Below are positions 19,273 through 28,775 of a stretch of DNA of 64,000 nt, piece after piece. Source of the stretch: Bacillota bacterium (GTDB lineage Bacteria; Planctomycetota; UBA8108; UBA1146); assembly GCA_003973385.1 (NCBI GenBank), contig QNYK01000090.1, forward strand, positions 10,345-74,344. Reading direction: 5' to 3'. How positions within the stretch are numbered: the stretch's first letter is position 1; the number at the start of each line of letters is the position of its first letter. Made by a program: the position numbers and the translations under genes. The notes under the pieces are model-generated. The model saw nothing but the letters and a program-made list of their open reading frames with translations. It did not search any database and was not told the origin of the DNA.

Positions 19273-20511
19273 ATGGCGGTATTCGAGTACGAGGCGATAG
19301 GCCCAGGCGGCCAGAAAAAGCGCAGTACCATCGAGGCCGGGACCCAGCAGGAGGCGATCAAGCAACTGCGGTCTCGCGGACTGAAGCCCACGAAGATTCG
19401 CGAGAGCAAGGGCGGTGGTTCTTTCGGCGCCGGAGTTGCAAAGAAGAAGAAACGTGGCTTCAGACTCTTCGGCGGCAGAGTCTCTCAGGCTGAAATGGTG
19501 CAATTCACACAGCAGCTTGCGACCCTTCAGGATGCAGGTCTCCCCATCGTGCGTTCGCTGAAGATCCTCGCCGACCAGATGAAGCCAAATACCTTTCAGG
19601 AGCAACTGAACAAGGTGACAGAGGATGTCGAGGGGGGAGCCACCTTTTCGGAGGCTCTCGAGAAATTCCCCAGAACTTTCAACAACCTGTTCGTCGCCAT
19701 GGTCAAGGCAGGAGAAGTCGGTGGAGTTCTCGACACCATCTTGCAGCGTCTATCAGACTTCCAGGAAAAGTCGATGAAACTGCGTAAGAAGGTCCAGGGC
19801 GCCATGGTGTACCCGATCGCGGTCATCTGTGTCGCCTCCCTGATCCTTGGCTTCATCATGACCAAGGTGATTCCGCAGTTTGAGAAGATGTTCAACGACA
19901 TGAATACAGCGTTACCCGCACCCACCCAGGCACTGCTGGCTTTTGCCAACGCAGTGCAGTCCTACTGGTTCCTGGCTCCGGTGGTGGCGTTTGGTGGCTA
20001 CGCGATGATAAAGGGCATCGCAAGAACCTCCGCTGGTGAATTGATGATCGACAAGTCGAAATTGAGAGCACCGATCTTCGGCCAGATCGTCAGGAAATCG
20101 ACGATCTCGCGCTTCTGCCGTACCCTGGGAACCTTGATCCAGTCCGGAGTTCCGATTCTTGAGGCTCTCGAAATCGTCAGGGCTGCGGTGGGGAACCGGG
20201 TCATCTCGGACGCCATCGAGAAGGTTTGCGGATCCATCCGCGAGGGAGAAACCATTGCCGAGCCGCTCGGCGCTTCCGGTGTGTTCGACCCGTTGCTCGT
20301 CAACATGATCGACATCGGTGAGGAAACCGGAGAGCTCGACAAGATGCTCAACAAGATTTCCGACAATTACGATCTCGATGTGGATGTACTCGTGGATTCT
20401 CTCTCAAGCCTTCTCGAGCCACTGTTGATCGTGGGCATGGGAGGAGCGGTTGGATTCATCGTCGTCGCACTGTTCATGCCACTACTCTCGATCATCCAGA
20501 CCGTCGGCTAG
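19273..20511 (+). CDS. gspF: Type II secretion system F / PilC-family platform protein
   Basis: ATG 19273 follows GAAGGAG. The N-terminus 'MAVFEYEAIG..G....G.IEA....A...LR..GL.P' is typical, and there are two T2SSF repeats with TM segments. Confidence 0.9.
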   Translation: MAVFEYEAIGPGGQKKRSTIEAGTQQEAIKQLRSRGLKPTKIRESKGGGSFGAGVAKKKKRGFRLFGGRVSQAEMVQFTQQLATLQDAGLPIVRSLKILADQMKPNTFQEQLNKVTEDVEGGATFSEALEKFPRTFNNLFVAMVKAGEVGGVLDTILQRLSDFQEKSMKLRKKVQGAMVYPIAVICVASLILGFIMTKVIPQFEKMFNDMNTALPAPTQALLAFANAVQSYWFLAPVVAFGGYAMIKGIARTSAGELMIDKSKLRAPIFGQIVRKSTISRFCRTLGTLIQSGVPILEALEIVRAAVGNRVISDAIEKVCGSIREGETIAEPLGASGVFDPLLVNMIDIGEETGELDKMLNKISDNYDLDVDVLVDSLSSLLEPLLIVGMGGAVGFIVVALFMPLLSIIQTVG

Positions 20512-20615
20512 GCCGATCCGGAACTGCAAGATGCGTGATCAGGAGCTGTTCGGGGTCGTAAAGGGGCAGAGTTTGGCCCCTTCACGGCCCGCGTGCATCG
20601 TCGGGAGGGGGAGCC

Positions 20616-22958
20616 TTGCGATCGGAGCGTGATCAGCAATGGCTCAACGCTTTCCGCGTCTGGAGTCATGGACCGGATTACCGACATTCCTCCCTCGAAG
20701 CCATCGCTGCTGCAATGGGGCTGAGCCCTGAGGATCAGCCGAGGCTGAAGGAACTGCTCGAGCAACTGGAGGAGCTGGGGGAGACGGTCTTCCTGCTGGC
20801 TCGTGGTTGGTTTGTTCCACATCGCGAGCACTGGTTGGTCGGTACACTCTCTGTCACTCGTCGAGGATTTGGATTTGTACGACCTCTGTCGGAGGATCCC
20901 GAGGGGGATGTGTTCATCCCGGCTCGCCGTCTCAAAGATGCTCACCACGGTGATCGAGTCCTCGCCGGCCTCTCTCGCACCGATCGAGGTCGACCGGGTT
21001 CCTCCCAGGAGGGGCGAAGTGGCAAGGTCCTGGAGGTCTTGCAGCGGAGCCCCCGGATCATCCCGGGCCTGTTCTGGCAGCAGCGCGATGGAGGGGGTGT
21101 GGTGGAGCCGATGCGCCACGACAGCCTCCGTCAACTGTGGATCGATCCCGCATTTCAACACGGCGTCAGCGATGGAGATCGCGTGCTGGCTCGCCTGCGC
21201 GACGGAAATACCGTCGACGGCATGCCTCCGGGAGAAATCGTGTGTCTGTGGGCTCCTGAAGGGACATGGCGCGCGGATCTACAGATGGTCTGTGCTGAAC
21301 ATCAACTGAGGGATGATTTTCCCGAGGCAGTGTTGCAACAGGCCAGCAATTTTCCAGATCAGATTCCTGCCACTGAAATCTCCAGACGCACCGATCTCAG
21401 AGCGACTCCCTTCATCACCATCGACCCGGAAGATGCCAAGGATTTCGACGACGCCATCGTTCTCATCGAGGCCCCTGGGGGCGGCAAGAGATTGGGAATC
21501 GCCATCGCAGATGTGAGCCACTATGTCGAGCGAGGTGACCCCATCGATGGCGAGGCGTTGCTACGCAGTACCAGTGTCTACATCCCTGGAAAGACGATTC
21601 CGATGCTTCCCGAGCGACTCAGTAACGAGCTCTGCTCCCTGAGGCCCGGTGAAGATCGACTTGCGAAGGTGGTCTGGATCGATGTCGGAGAATCTGGTGA
21701 GATCCTCGATGCCACCATCGAGAAGGCGGTGATCCGAAGTGCTCAGCGCTTCACATACAAGCAGGTCCAGACGATTCTCGATGCGGGGAAAGATCCGGAC
21801 AAGATCACCACAGATGCCATCGTGGAGATGCTGAAAGAACTGGCAGATGTTCGATCACTATTGCGTGACCGGAGGTTGGCAGCGGGTTGTCTTGATCTGG
21901 ATCTGGACGAGATGAGGTTGACCCTCGATGACGAAGGTGAAGTGATCGCAGTCGAAGCCAGGGAGCGACTCGATGCCCACAATCTTGTCGAGGAGTGCAT
22001 GTTGATCGCGAATGAAGCGGTGGCCAGTATCGCCACCGAGAGAGGAATTGCCATTCTTCGCCGGGTCCACGCGCCTCCGATTCAGGAGGACCTGGACCGA
22101 TTCGCACGCCTGTGCCGGGTACTGGCCCCGGAGGCGACCGTGCGTGGAATCGATGACCTGCCCGCGGTGATCGATGCAGTGCGTGGAACAGCAGCTGCGC
22201 CAGTGGTTTCATTCGCACTTCTAAAAACCCTCAGCCGCGCCGAATACAGCCCTCTTCGAGAGCCTCACTTTGCGCTGCGGAAGGATGAGTACTGTCACTT
22301 CACGTCACCGATTCGAAGGTATCCTGATCTGCAGGTGCACCGTGCGATCGATCGGCACATCTTCGATGGGGTCGATCCAAGAACCGATGCTGCCACCGCT
22401 TCCTTGCTCGAGATGGCCGAGACCTGTAGTACACGCGAGAGGACTGCCGAGGCTGCAGAAAGGGACATGGCTCGCCTTCGGGCGATCTCCTGGTTGAGGC
22501 ACCGCGTCGGGGAGCGTTTCACAGGAGTTGTGACATCGGTACGAAACCAGGGATTTCATGTTCGTCTCGATGGTGTACTGATCGACGGCTTCGTCCATGT
22601 TTCGAAGTTGAACGATGACACCTATATCTTCAACGAGACTCAGTTTGCCCTGCGAGGTGTCCATGCTGGAAACATGATCCGTCTTGGCGATCCTGTTGAA
22701 GTTGAACTGGAGGCGGTAGATCCGCTGCATCGAGACATCGATTTGAGGTACCTTCACACACGACCTGGAGCCAGGCGGGGGCGAGGATCCGGCGCCAATC
22801 CGGGCAAACGGGTCTCGAAGCGTCGACCGGATCAGGGCCGAAAGGAACCCAGTCAGCGCCGCTCTCGAAAACGATCCAATGGCGAGGGGTCGAGAGCGCG
22901 ACCAGCGACTGGAAAACGCAGAGGGAGACCAGGAAAAGGCAGCCGGAGGACAAGATGA
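20616..22958 (+). CDS. rnr: Ribonuclease R
   Basis: RNB core 'ITIDPEDAKDFDDAI', S1 domain 'GERFTGVVTSVRNQGFHVRL', and a Lys/Arg-rich C-terminal tail. The TTG start is uncertain. Confidence 0.9.
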   Translation: MRSERDQQWLNAFRVWSHGPDYRHSSLEAIAAAMGLSPEDQPRLKELLEQLEELGETVFLLARGWFVPHREHWLVGTLSVTRRGFGFVRPLSEDPEGDVFIPARRLKDAHHGDRVLAGLSRTDRGRPGSSQEGRSGKVLEVLQRSPRIIPGLFWQQRDGGGVVEPMRHDSLRQLWIDPAFQHGVSDGDRVLARLRDGNTVDGMPPGEIVCLWAPEGTWRADLQMVCAEHQLRDDFPEAVLQQASNFPDQIPATEISRRTDLRATPFITIDPEDAKDFDDAIVLIEAPGGGKRLGIAIADVSHYVERGDPIDGEALLRSTSVYIPGKTIPMLPERLSNELCSLRPGEDRLAKVVWIDVGESGEILDATIEKAVIRSAQRFTYKQVQTILDAGKDPDKITTDAIVEMLKELADVRSLLRDRRLAAGCLDLDLDEMRLTLDDEGEVIAVEARERLDAHNLVEECMLIANEAVASIATERGIAILRRVHAPPIQEDLDRFARLCRVLAPEATVRGIDDLPAVIDAVRGTAAAPVVSFALLKTLSRAEYSPLREPHFALRKDEYCHFTSPIRRYPDLQVHRAIDRHIFDGVDPRTDAATASLLEMAETCSTRERTAEAAERDMARLRAISWLRHRVGERFTGVVTSVRNQGFHVRLDGVLIDGFVHVSKLNDDTYIFNETQFALRGVHAGNMIRLGDPVEVELEAVDPLHRDIDLRYLHTRPGARRGRGSGANPGKRVSKRRPDQGRKEPSQRRSRKRSNGEGSRARPATGKRRGRPGKGSRRTR

Positions 22959-23401
22959 CGACCGAGAGAGGCTATCAGATCTGGACAGATGGGGCCTGCA
23001 GAGGCAATCCGGGCCCCGGAGGCTGGGCCTACATCGTGCTGGGCCACGATGGTATCGAGGAAGTCTGTTACGATCATGACGCATCCACCACCAATAACCG
23101 TATGGAACTCACCGCGGCGCTGGAGGCGTTGAGGTCGATACCGGAAGGGTCGCAGGCGACACTCTACAGCGACTCGCAGTATGTGGTGAAGGGGATGAGT
23201 GAATGGATCCCTGGCTGGCGGCGCAGGAACTGGCGAAAATCCGATGGAAAGCCAGTTTTGAACGATGACATCTGGAAACAACTGGTAGCCGTAGATGAGA
23301 CCCGAGAAATTGATTGGGAATGGGTAGAGGGCCATGCAGGCCAGGAGCAAAACGAACGATGCGATGCGCTCGCCAATCGAGCCATCGATGAGGCATGTTG
23401 A
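22955..23401 (+). CDS. rnhA: Ribonuclease HI
   Basis: 'IWTDGACRGNPGPGGWAY...TNNRMELTAALEAL...DSQYVVKG...WVEGHAGQEQNERCDALA'. ATGA overlap with the rnr stop. Confidence 0.92.
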   Translation: MTTERGYQIWTDGACRGNPGPGGWAYIVLGHDGIEEVCYDHDASTTNNRMELTAALEALRSIPEGSQATLYSDSQYVVKGMSEWIPGWRRRNWRKSDGKPVLNDDIWKQLVAVDETREIDWEWVEGHAGQEQNERCDALANRAIDEAC

Positions 23402-23422
23402 GTATCCCGAGAGGAAAACTGA

Positions 23423-24115
23423 ATGAGAAACAGAGGAGCTATCATGGTAATGGCAGTGGTTCTCATCGCAGGAATCGCCACTGCAACGATGATGAGTGAC
23501 TACCAATCGATCCCGCCGGCAGCCAAGGACCTCCACGAGGCTCTCTCGAGGGCAGAGGTGACTCTTCAAGATGCTGTGAGTAGAGCCGTGGAAATCACCG
23601 GTGGAATCGCTCGAAATGCCACGATGAAACCCGGCAATTCCAGCGTCGTGATCGAGGTGGAGACGGTCACTCCCGAAAAGGTCGAGCGAATCGTGCTCGA
23701 CGGCGATGGTACCGTGGTCGAAAGGGTCAGGATTCCTCGTTTTCCCGGAAAAAAGGCAACAGGAGAGATGCAAATCACCAGCACGGGCCTTCGCTACATA
23801 GACATCGTAGAGGGGACCGGAGAGAGCCCGCCGGATTCGACCAGCAGCGTCACGGTTCACTACTCCGGTTACCTCAATGATGGCACCAAGTTCGACAGCA
23901 GTGTCGATCGGGGTCAGCCGGCGACATTTCCGCTCAATCGGGTGATCTCCGGCTGGACCGAAGGGGTCGGCTCGATGAAGGTGGGGGGGACGAGGAAATT
24001 GATCATTCCTGCATCGCTTGGATATGGCTCCCAGGGGCGTCCTCCTACCATCCCGGGCGATGCCACGCTGTTTTTTGACGTCGAGTTACTGGAAATCGTG
24101 CCCAAGAACCAATGA
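23423..24115 (+). CDS. Membrane-anchored PepSY-like + FKBP-type peptidyl-prolyl isomerase
   Basis: The N-terminus has a TM/signal segment. A PepSY-like stretch follows ('VTLQDAVSRAVEITGG...VIEVETV...VERIVLDGDGTVVE'). The FKBP core is 'VTVHYSGYLNDGTKFDSSVDRGQPATFPLNRVISGWTEGVGSMKVGGTRKLIIP...LFFDVELLEI'. Confidence 0.88.
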   Translation: MRNRGAIMVMAVVLIAGIATATMMSDYQSIPPAAKDLHEALSRAEVTLQDAVSRAVEITGGIARNATMKPGNSSVVIEVETVTPEKVERIVLDGDGTVVERVRIPRFPGKKATGEMQITSTGLRYIDIVEGTGESPPDSTSSVTVHYSGYLNDGTKFDSSVDRGQPATFPLNRVISGWTEGVGSMKVGGTRKLIIPASLGYGSQGRPPTIPGDATLFFDVELLEIVPKNQ

Positions 24116-24299
24116 TGGGGTGGCGCAGGGCTGGTGCCTGACCCGGAGTCCCATCGTATCCTGTGGTAGAGGAGTGATTTCGGTGTCATCGTCTCGTTGC
24201 AGGCCGAACCATCGAGTTCTAGAATCCCTGATTCTGATCAGTTCAAAGTAACTACTCAAGATGGTCCAGACAGTTCTACCCGAGAGGTAGGTCCTAGCG

Positions 24300-26189
24300 A
24301 TGTCGACCGGCTTCTTCAAGCGTAACGAAAGGGTCGTCATGACCCTGCTGTTGCTGCTGATTGCCCCCACTTTTGCCTTCACTGGCCTCCTCACCTGGTG
24401 GCTCGGGAATACCGCAGCCCAGGCTTACTACGAGATCAACGGTGAAACAGTGAGCCGGGACAAGTTCGTGGAAACACGCGATGAACTTTCGAAGTCTATA
24501 TGGCTCGGGAGAGTCCGCCGCTTTGGCGTGTTTAGAGCCCGATCAGATCGCTACCGCCAGGCGTTGGTTCCGGATGTACTCAAGCAACTTGTTTTCGAGG
24601 ATGAGATTGCGCGACTGGGAATTGAACCCAGCGACCAGGCCAAGACGGAGGCGGTTCGAGAAGCGGTCCTCGATATCACGACCTGGTATCGCGTCATGGA
24701 GTTGTCTGGCTGGACCGGAACCTATCTGGAGCGTGCCCCCGACTTCAATAGCATGAGGCCAATTGCCAGGGTAGATATGGCGACCTACACCGAGGCCCTG
24801 AAGAGTCCGAACTTCAGCATCATGATGTCAAAAAAGGAGTTCGAGGAGACGATCATCCATCGCCTGAGGATTGACGAACTGGTCAGGTCGGTCGTGAATG
24901 CCGCGGTTGTTACCGAGAAGGAGATCTTCGACGAGTACTCGACCCAGAACGAACGTCGGGTACTCGATCTGATCCAGGTTCCGATAGAGATATACATGGA
25001 GGAGGCCAGGGAACTGGTCACACCGGATGATATCGAGGCGACCTACAACGAAAATCCGCAACGTTTCGTGCTTCAGAATCGACTGTCGGTCGAGGTTGCG
25101 CGCGTCGACCGGGCTGCTCTTCAGCGGATGATCCCCTACGAGCCATCTGCGGAAGAAGTTGAGGCCCGGTACGAGAAGGACAAGGACACCCTCTGGAGGG
25201 TTCGCCGGCCGGTGAACTATGTTGCCCCGGAGGAGACAACTCCCGAGGACGACTACCGGCCACTGATCGATGTATTCGATGCCGTGGTGCGGGCAGTGAC
25301 GCGGGACCAGGCGGCAGTAGAAGAAGCAAGATTGCTCAAGGATGCTCTCGATCAACTCAATGCGATGAGAGACCTGGGCGAATCTGTTCCGATGGAGCAG
25401 GCCTTCCCGGAGGGCCTGGAGTACATCCAGATCCGTCAAATTGATCCCTTCCTGCAGCGTGAAGTTAGCTTGCTCGATAACGAGGTCAAGAATCCCGCTG
25501 CCTATGCGACCTTCTTTCAGCAAGAGCGAGCTATAGCAGGGTCAGTAAAACCGGGTGATCTGTACAATTTGATCGCCGAGAACAGCCAGGGCAGGTTCAT
25601 CATCCGTGTCATCGAGATGCTACCGGAGCGAACGATGACCTTTGATGAGGCGATAGAAGACGCCCTGAAGGTTGCGGAAGAGACACAGGCCAAAAAATTG
25701 ATGGTGGAAGGTATTGAGGTATCGCTGCAAAGAGTTCGAGATGAAGAGGTGACTCTCGAAGAAGTGGCTCAGGATCTGAACCTCACGATTCATCCGATGG
25801 AACCGATGTCTCGCAATCAGTCCTTCAATCTGAAGATCGATAATCGTGTGATTGATTTAGCTGCCAGGGAGGCGGTGATTGCCGATGCCTTCATGATTGA
25901 AGAAAAGGGCGAAGTGGTTGGCCCCGTGATCAGCGATACGGCAGTTTCAGGGTACATCATCCGCCTCAAGGGCATCGAACCGCCGGATATGGAACTGTTC
26001 GACGCACTTCGAACAGGGACCGAGAACCGGCTATTACTTTCCAAGCAACGGGCTCTCCTCGACGCCTATGAGCTCGATCGGATGGCTGCTGCGGACATCA
26101 AGGTCTATCAGGATGAGGGTCCCGCAGTTCCTCGTGCAGATCTGATCCAGAATGCCGAGCAGGATCCCGAGGGAACGGGATCTCCCTGA
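24300..26189 (+). CDS. PpiD/SurA-N-like periplasmic chaperone (no obvious parvulin core)
   Basis: N-terminal anchor 'VVMTLLLLLIAPTFAFTG' and a long helical SurA_N-like region. The family call is by resemblance only. Confidence 0.65.
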   Translation: MSTGFFKRNERVVMTLLLLLIAPTFAFTGLLTWWLGNTAAQAYYEINGETVSRDKFVETRDELSKSIWLGRVRRFGVFRARSDRYRQALVPDVLKQLVFEDEIARLGIEPSDQAKTEAVREAVLDITTWYRVMELSGWTGTYLERAPDFNSMRPIARVDMATYTEALKSPNFSIMMSKKEFEETIIHRLRIDELVRSVVNAAVVTEKEIFDEYSTQNERRVLDLIQVPIEIYMEEARELVTPDDIEATYNENPQRFVLQNRLSVEVARVDRAALQRMIPYEPSAEEVEARYEKDKDTLWRVRRPVNYVAPEETTPEDDYRPLIDVFDAVVRAVTRDQAAVEEARLLKDALDQLNAMRDLGESVPMEQAFPEGLEYIQIRQIDPFLQREVSLLDNEVKNPAAYATFFQQERAIAGSVKPGDLYNLIAENSQGRFIIRVIEMLPERTMTFDEAIEDALKVAEETQAKKLMVEGIEVSLQRVRDEEVTLEEVAQDLNLTIHPMEPMSRNQSFNLKIDNRVIDLAAREAVIADAFMIEEKGEVVGPVISDTAVSGYIIRLKGIEPPDMELFDALRTGTENRLLLSKQRALLDAYELDRMAAADIKVYQDEGPAVPRADLIQNAEQDPEGTGSP

Positions 26190-26216
26190 CCCGGAAAAAT
26201 ACCAGCGATGGAACAG

Positions 26217-26268
26217 CACCCCGTGTCGGCCACCGCATCGCGGTGAGCGGACACGGGGTGTTCTTTCT
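26217..26268 (+). terminator. Rho-independent terminator-like hairpin
   Basis: The arms CACCCCGTGTC and GACACGGGGTG enclose an inner CACCGC/GCGGTG stem, followed by TTCTTTCT. It starts 28 nt after the stop at 26189 and lies between convergent genes. Confidence 0.6.
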
Positions 26269-26289
26269 GAACCCGAATACAACCGGTGA

Positions 26290-26736
26290 TCAGGCCTCGC
26301 CTGTGACCTTGTCGATCTTGTCGACCCTTTTCAGGTGGCGCCCTTCCTCGAACGGGGTATCGAGAAAGGTGCCCAGCAGATCGGCGACTGCAGAGGCCCC
26401 GATCACGCGTTCGCCAAAACATGCGATATTGGCATCATTATGGGCTCTCGACATCTCAGCAGTGAATGAATCCGTGATGACAGCAGCTCTTGCCCCCCGG
26501 TAGCGGTTGGCGGTCATCGCCATCCCTTGCCCGGTGCCGCAAACCAGCACGCCAAATCTGGATTCACCCGAGGTGACAGACTGGGCGATGAGGTGAGCGA
26601 TGTCCGGATAATCCGCCTTCTCGGAATCCCCTTCAGGTCCCTTTTCATGCACTTCCCAGCCTCGTTCCAGAAACACGCGGACCGCTTCTTTTCTCCCGGA
26701 GATGCCGGCGTGGTCCGAGCCAATGATCGCTTTCAT
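26290..26736 (-). CDS. rpiB: Ribose 5-phosphate isomerase B
   Basis: 'MKAIIGSDHAG...GVLVCGTGQGMAMTANRYRGARAA...AEMSRAHNDANIACFGERV'. The start overlaps the upstream stop (ATGA). Confidence 0.92.
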   Translation of the reverse strand: MKAIIGSDHAGISGRKEAVRVFLERGWEVHEKGPEGDSEKADYPDIAHLIAQSVTSGESRFGVLVCGTGQGMAMTANRYRGARAAVITDSFTAEMSRAHNDANIACFGERVIGASAVADLLGTFLDTPFEEGRHLKRVDKIDKVTGEA

Positions 26737-27812
26737 TGAGAGATGATTCCTTCCATCCATCGGTTTACCAGAGCGAGTTTGATCTCTTCAGCGCATCGTC
26801 GGTATACATCTTCGCCGCCTCCGATGGGGTCGCTGATGCCCGTATCGTTGATCAGGTGAACACGATTAGTTGCCTCCGGGAAGTGGCTTCGGATCACATC
26901 CATGTGTGACCTGGATAGGGAGATGATGAGATCTGCATCCTCGACATCTTCGCTGGCGAGTTGTCGAGAGTGGTGCCCATCGATGGAGAGCCCCATCTTG
27001 TCCATCGTAAGACGCGCTTGCTCGGTTGCAGGTCCTCCACCAGAAGCAATACCCGAGCTGTGAATGTGGAATCCTCGATCCTTGAGATCATCGGTGGAAC
27101 AGTCGAGATTTTTTGCCAGTAGATCTTCGCAGATCGCCTGCGCCATCGGACTGCGACAGGTATTGCCGGTGCAGACGAACAGAATGGTGCGAAAGCCGCG
27201 AAGCGCCTTCCGAATCATCGAGGCAGAGATCAAGCCTTCTCTCAGCATCTCGAATTCGCCGTCCTGCGAGAGCCGGATTACCGTGGACGCCTCTCCCAGC
27301 GGAGACGGACCCGAGTCGAGCGCGATGGTCGCATGATCCCCGACAGCTGCGATCGCGGATGCCGCATCGGTGCAGGCAGGATCACCACTGAGATTGGCAC
27401 TGGTGGCCACGAGAGGACCGCAATCCCGGATCAGCTGCCGGGCGACGGGATGGGACGGCAACCGGACACCGAGGCCTTCCTCACCGACCGGAAATACGAT
27501 CGTCAGCGGTCCAGGCCAGAAGGCGTTCATCAATCGCTCGGCTTGATCGCCGGGCTCCTGGATCCATGCGCCGAGTTGATCGCGGTCCGAGATGTGAAGA
27601 GTCATCGGTTTGCCGGGGTCTCGTCCCTTGGCCTTCTGAAGTCGGGTCCTGGCCACCTCCGAAGTGGCTTTGGCACCGATGCCGTACACCGTTTCGGTGG
27701 GGAAGATCACCAGTTCATCGTTGGTGAGGGCAGCGGAAGCTTTCTGGATGGCATCCCCGGCCGTATGTTCCCCGTCGACGGAGATGATCCGGATCGGCAA
27801 ACTCAACTCCAT
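26733..27812 (-). CDS. Fusion: L-threonylcarbamoyladenylate synthase (TsaC/YrdC/Sua5-type) + low-molecular-weight phosphatase (YwlE-like)
   Basis: YrdC motifs 'VIFPTETVYGIGA...GKPMTLHI...WPGPLTIV...VATSANLSG', then the LMW-PTP P-loop 'ILFVCTGNTCRSPMAQA' and 'DPIGG'. The start is taken at 'MELSLP' (27812). Confidence 0.88.
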   Translation of the reverse strand: MELSLPIRIISVDGEHTAGDAIQKASAALTNDELVIFPTETVYGIGAKATSEVARTRLQKAKGRDPGKPMTLHISDRDQLGAWIQEPGDQAERLMNAFWPGPLTIVFPVGEEGLGVRLPSHPVARQLIRDCGPLVATSANLSGDPACTDAASAIAAVGDHATIALDSGPSPLGEASTVIRLSQDGEFEMLREGLISASMIRKALRGFRTILFVCTGNTCRSPMAQAICEDLLAKNLDCSTDDLKDRGFHIHSSGIASGGGPATEQARLTMDKMGLSIDGHHSRQLASEDVEDADLIISLSRSHMDVIRSHFPEATNRVHLINDTGISDPIGGGEDVYRRCAEEIKLALVNRWMEGIISQ

Positions 27813-27893
27813 CCTGGTGAGTGAGGAAGTGGGCCGCGGCAGTGTCCGGGACCCTTGCCCGGGTGGGCATGGTGCCACCGTCGATGGTCGGGG

Positions 27894-28775
27894 TCAAACG
27901 CTGGCGTGATAGGAGGAACGGACCAACGGCGCCGATTCGACCCGGATGAATCCCATCTCGAGAGCATACTGACCGAGATCCTGAAACTCCTGAGGAGTCC
28001 AGTAGCGCTTCACAGGGATATGGCGTCTGGACGGAGCCAGGTACTGACCCATGTTGAGCCGCCGTATTCCCGCTTCGTGGAGATCCTGGATCGTCTCCCG
28101 GATCTCATCCTCTCTTTCTCCCAGCCCGAGGATGAGGCTCGACTTGACTCTATCCGCACCGATCCGACGGGAGGCATCTCGCAGTAATGAGATGGAATGG
28201 TCGTAATCGGAACCAGGTCGTGCCGCCGGGTAGAGCCTTCTGACCGTCTCGACATTGTGGGAAAAGATGGTCGGTTTTGCTTCGAGTACGATGTCGAGTC
28301 CGCGCTGAGGATCAGGTCGGAAGTCGGGTACCAGGATCTCGGTAGTGGCCGCTGGAAGTTTTTCGCGTAGTGCGTCCAGGCAGAGGGCGAACTGACCTGC
28401 ACCTCCATCTGGCAGATCGTCGCGATCGACGCTGGTGATCACGACGTGTTTCAATTCGAGTCGTGCAGCAGCTTCAGCGAGTTGTATCGGCTCATCCACG
28501 TCGACGGGAGTTGGAAGCCCCTTACTCACGGCGCAGAAACCACACTTGCGGGTGCAAACTTCTCCCAGGATCAAAAATGTGGCGGTACCCATCTGCCAGC
28601 ACTCGTAGATGTTGGGGCAGTGAGCTTCCTGACAGATGGTGTGCAGTCCGCCGCGCTTCATCAGGCTGCCGATTCGCTCCAGGGAATCCTTTTCGGGCAC
28701 GGAAACCTTGATCCATGGTGGTCTCTGAAGTGGTGCGGACGGCTTCTCCCGCCGGAGATCTTCAGTGGTACTCAT
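27894..28775 (-). CDS. lipA: Lipoyl synthase
   Basis: 'CQEAHCPNIYECW' and the radical-SAM motif 'CTRKCGFCAV'. Confidence 0.95.
   Translation of the reverse strand: MSTTEDLRREKPSAPLQRPPWIKVSVPEKDSLERIGSLMKRGGLHTICQEAHCPNIYECWQMGTATFLILGEVCTRKCGFCAVSKGLPTPVDVDEPIQLAEAAARLELKHVVITSVDRDDLPDGGAGQFALCLDALREKLPAATTEILVPDFRPDPQRGLDIVLEAKPTIFSHNVETVRRLYPAARPGSDYDHSISLLRDASRRIGADRVKSSLILGLGEREDEIRETIQDLHEAGIRRLNMGQYLAPSRRHIPVKRYWTPQEFQDLGQYALEMGFIRVESAPLVRSSYHASV

Noticed and set aside
20561-20582. Hairpin AAGGGGC-N8-GCCCCTT after gspF as a terminator.
   Set aside because: The stem is only 7 bp and no U-tract follows. The rnr start is 34 nt downstream, so read-through is equally likely.
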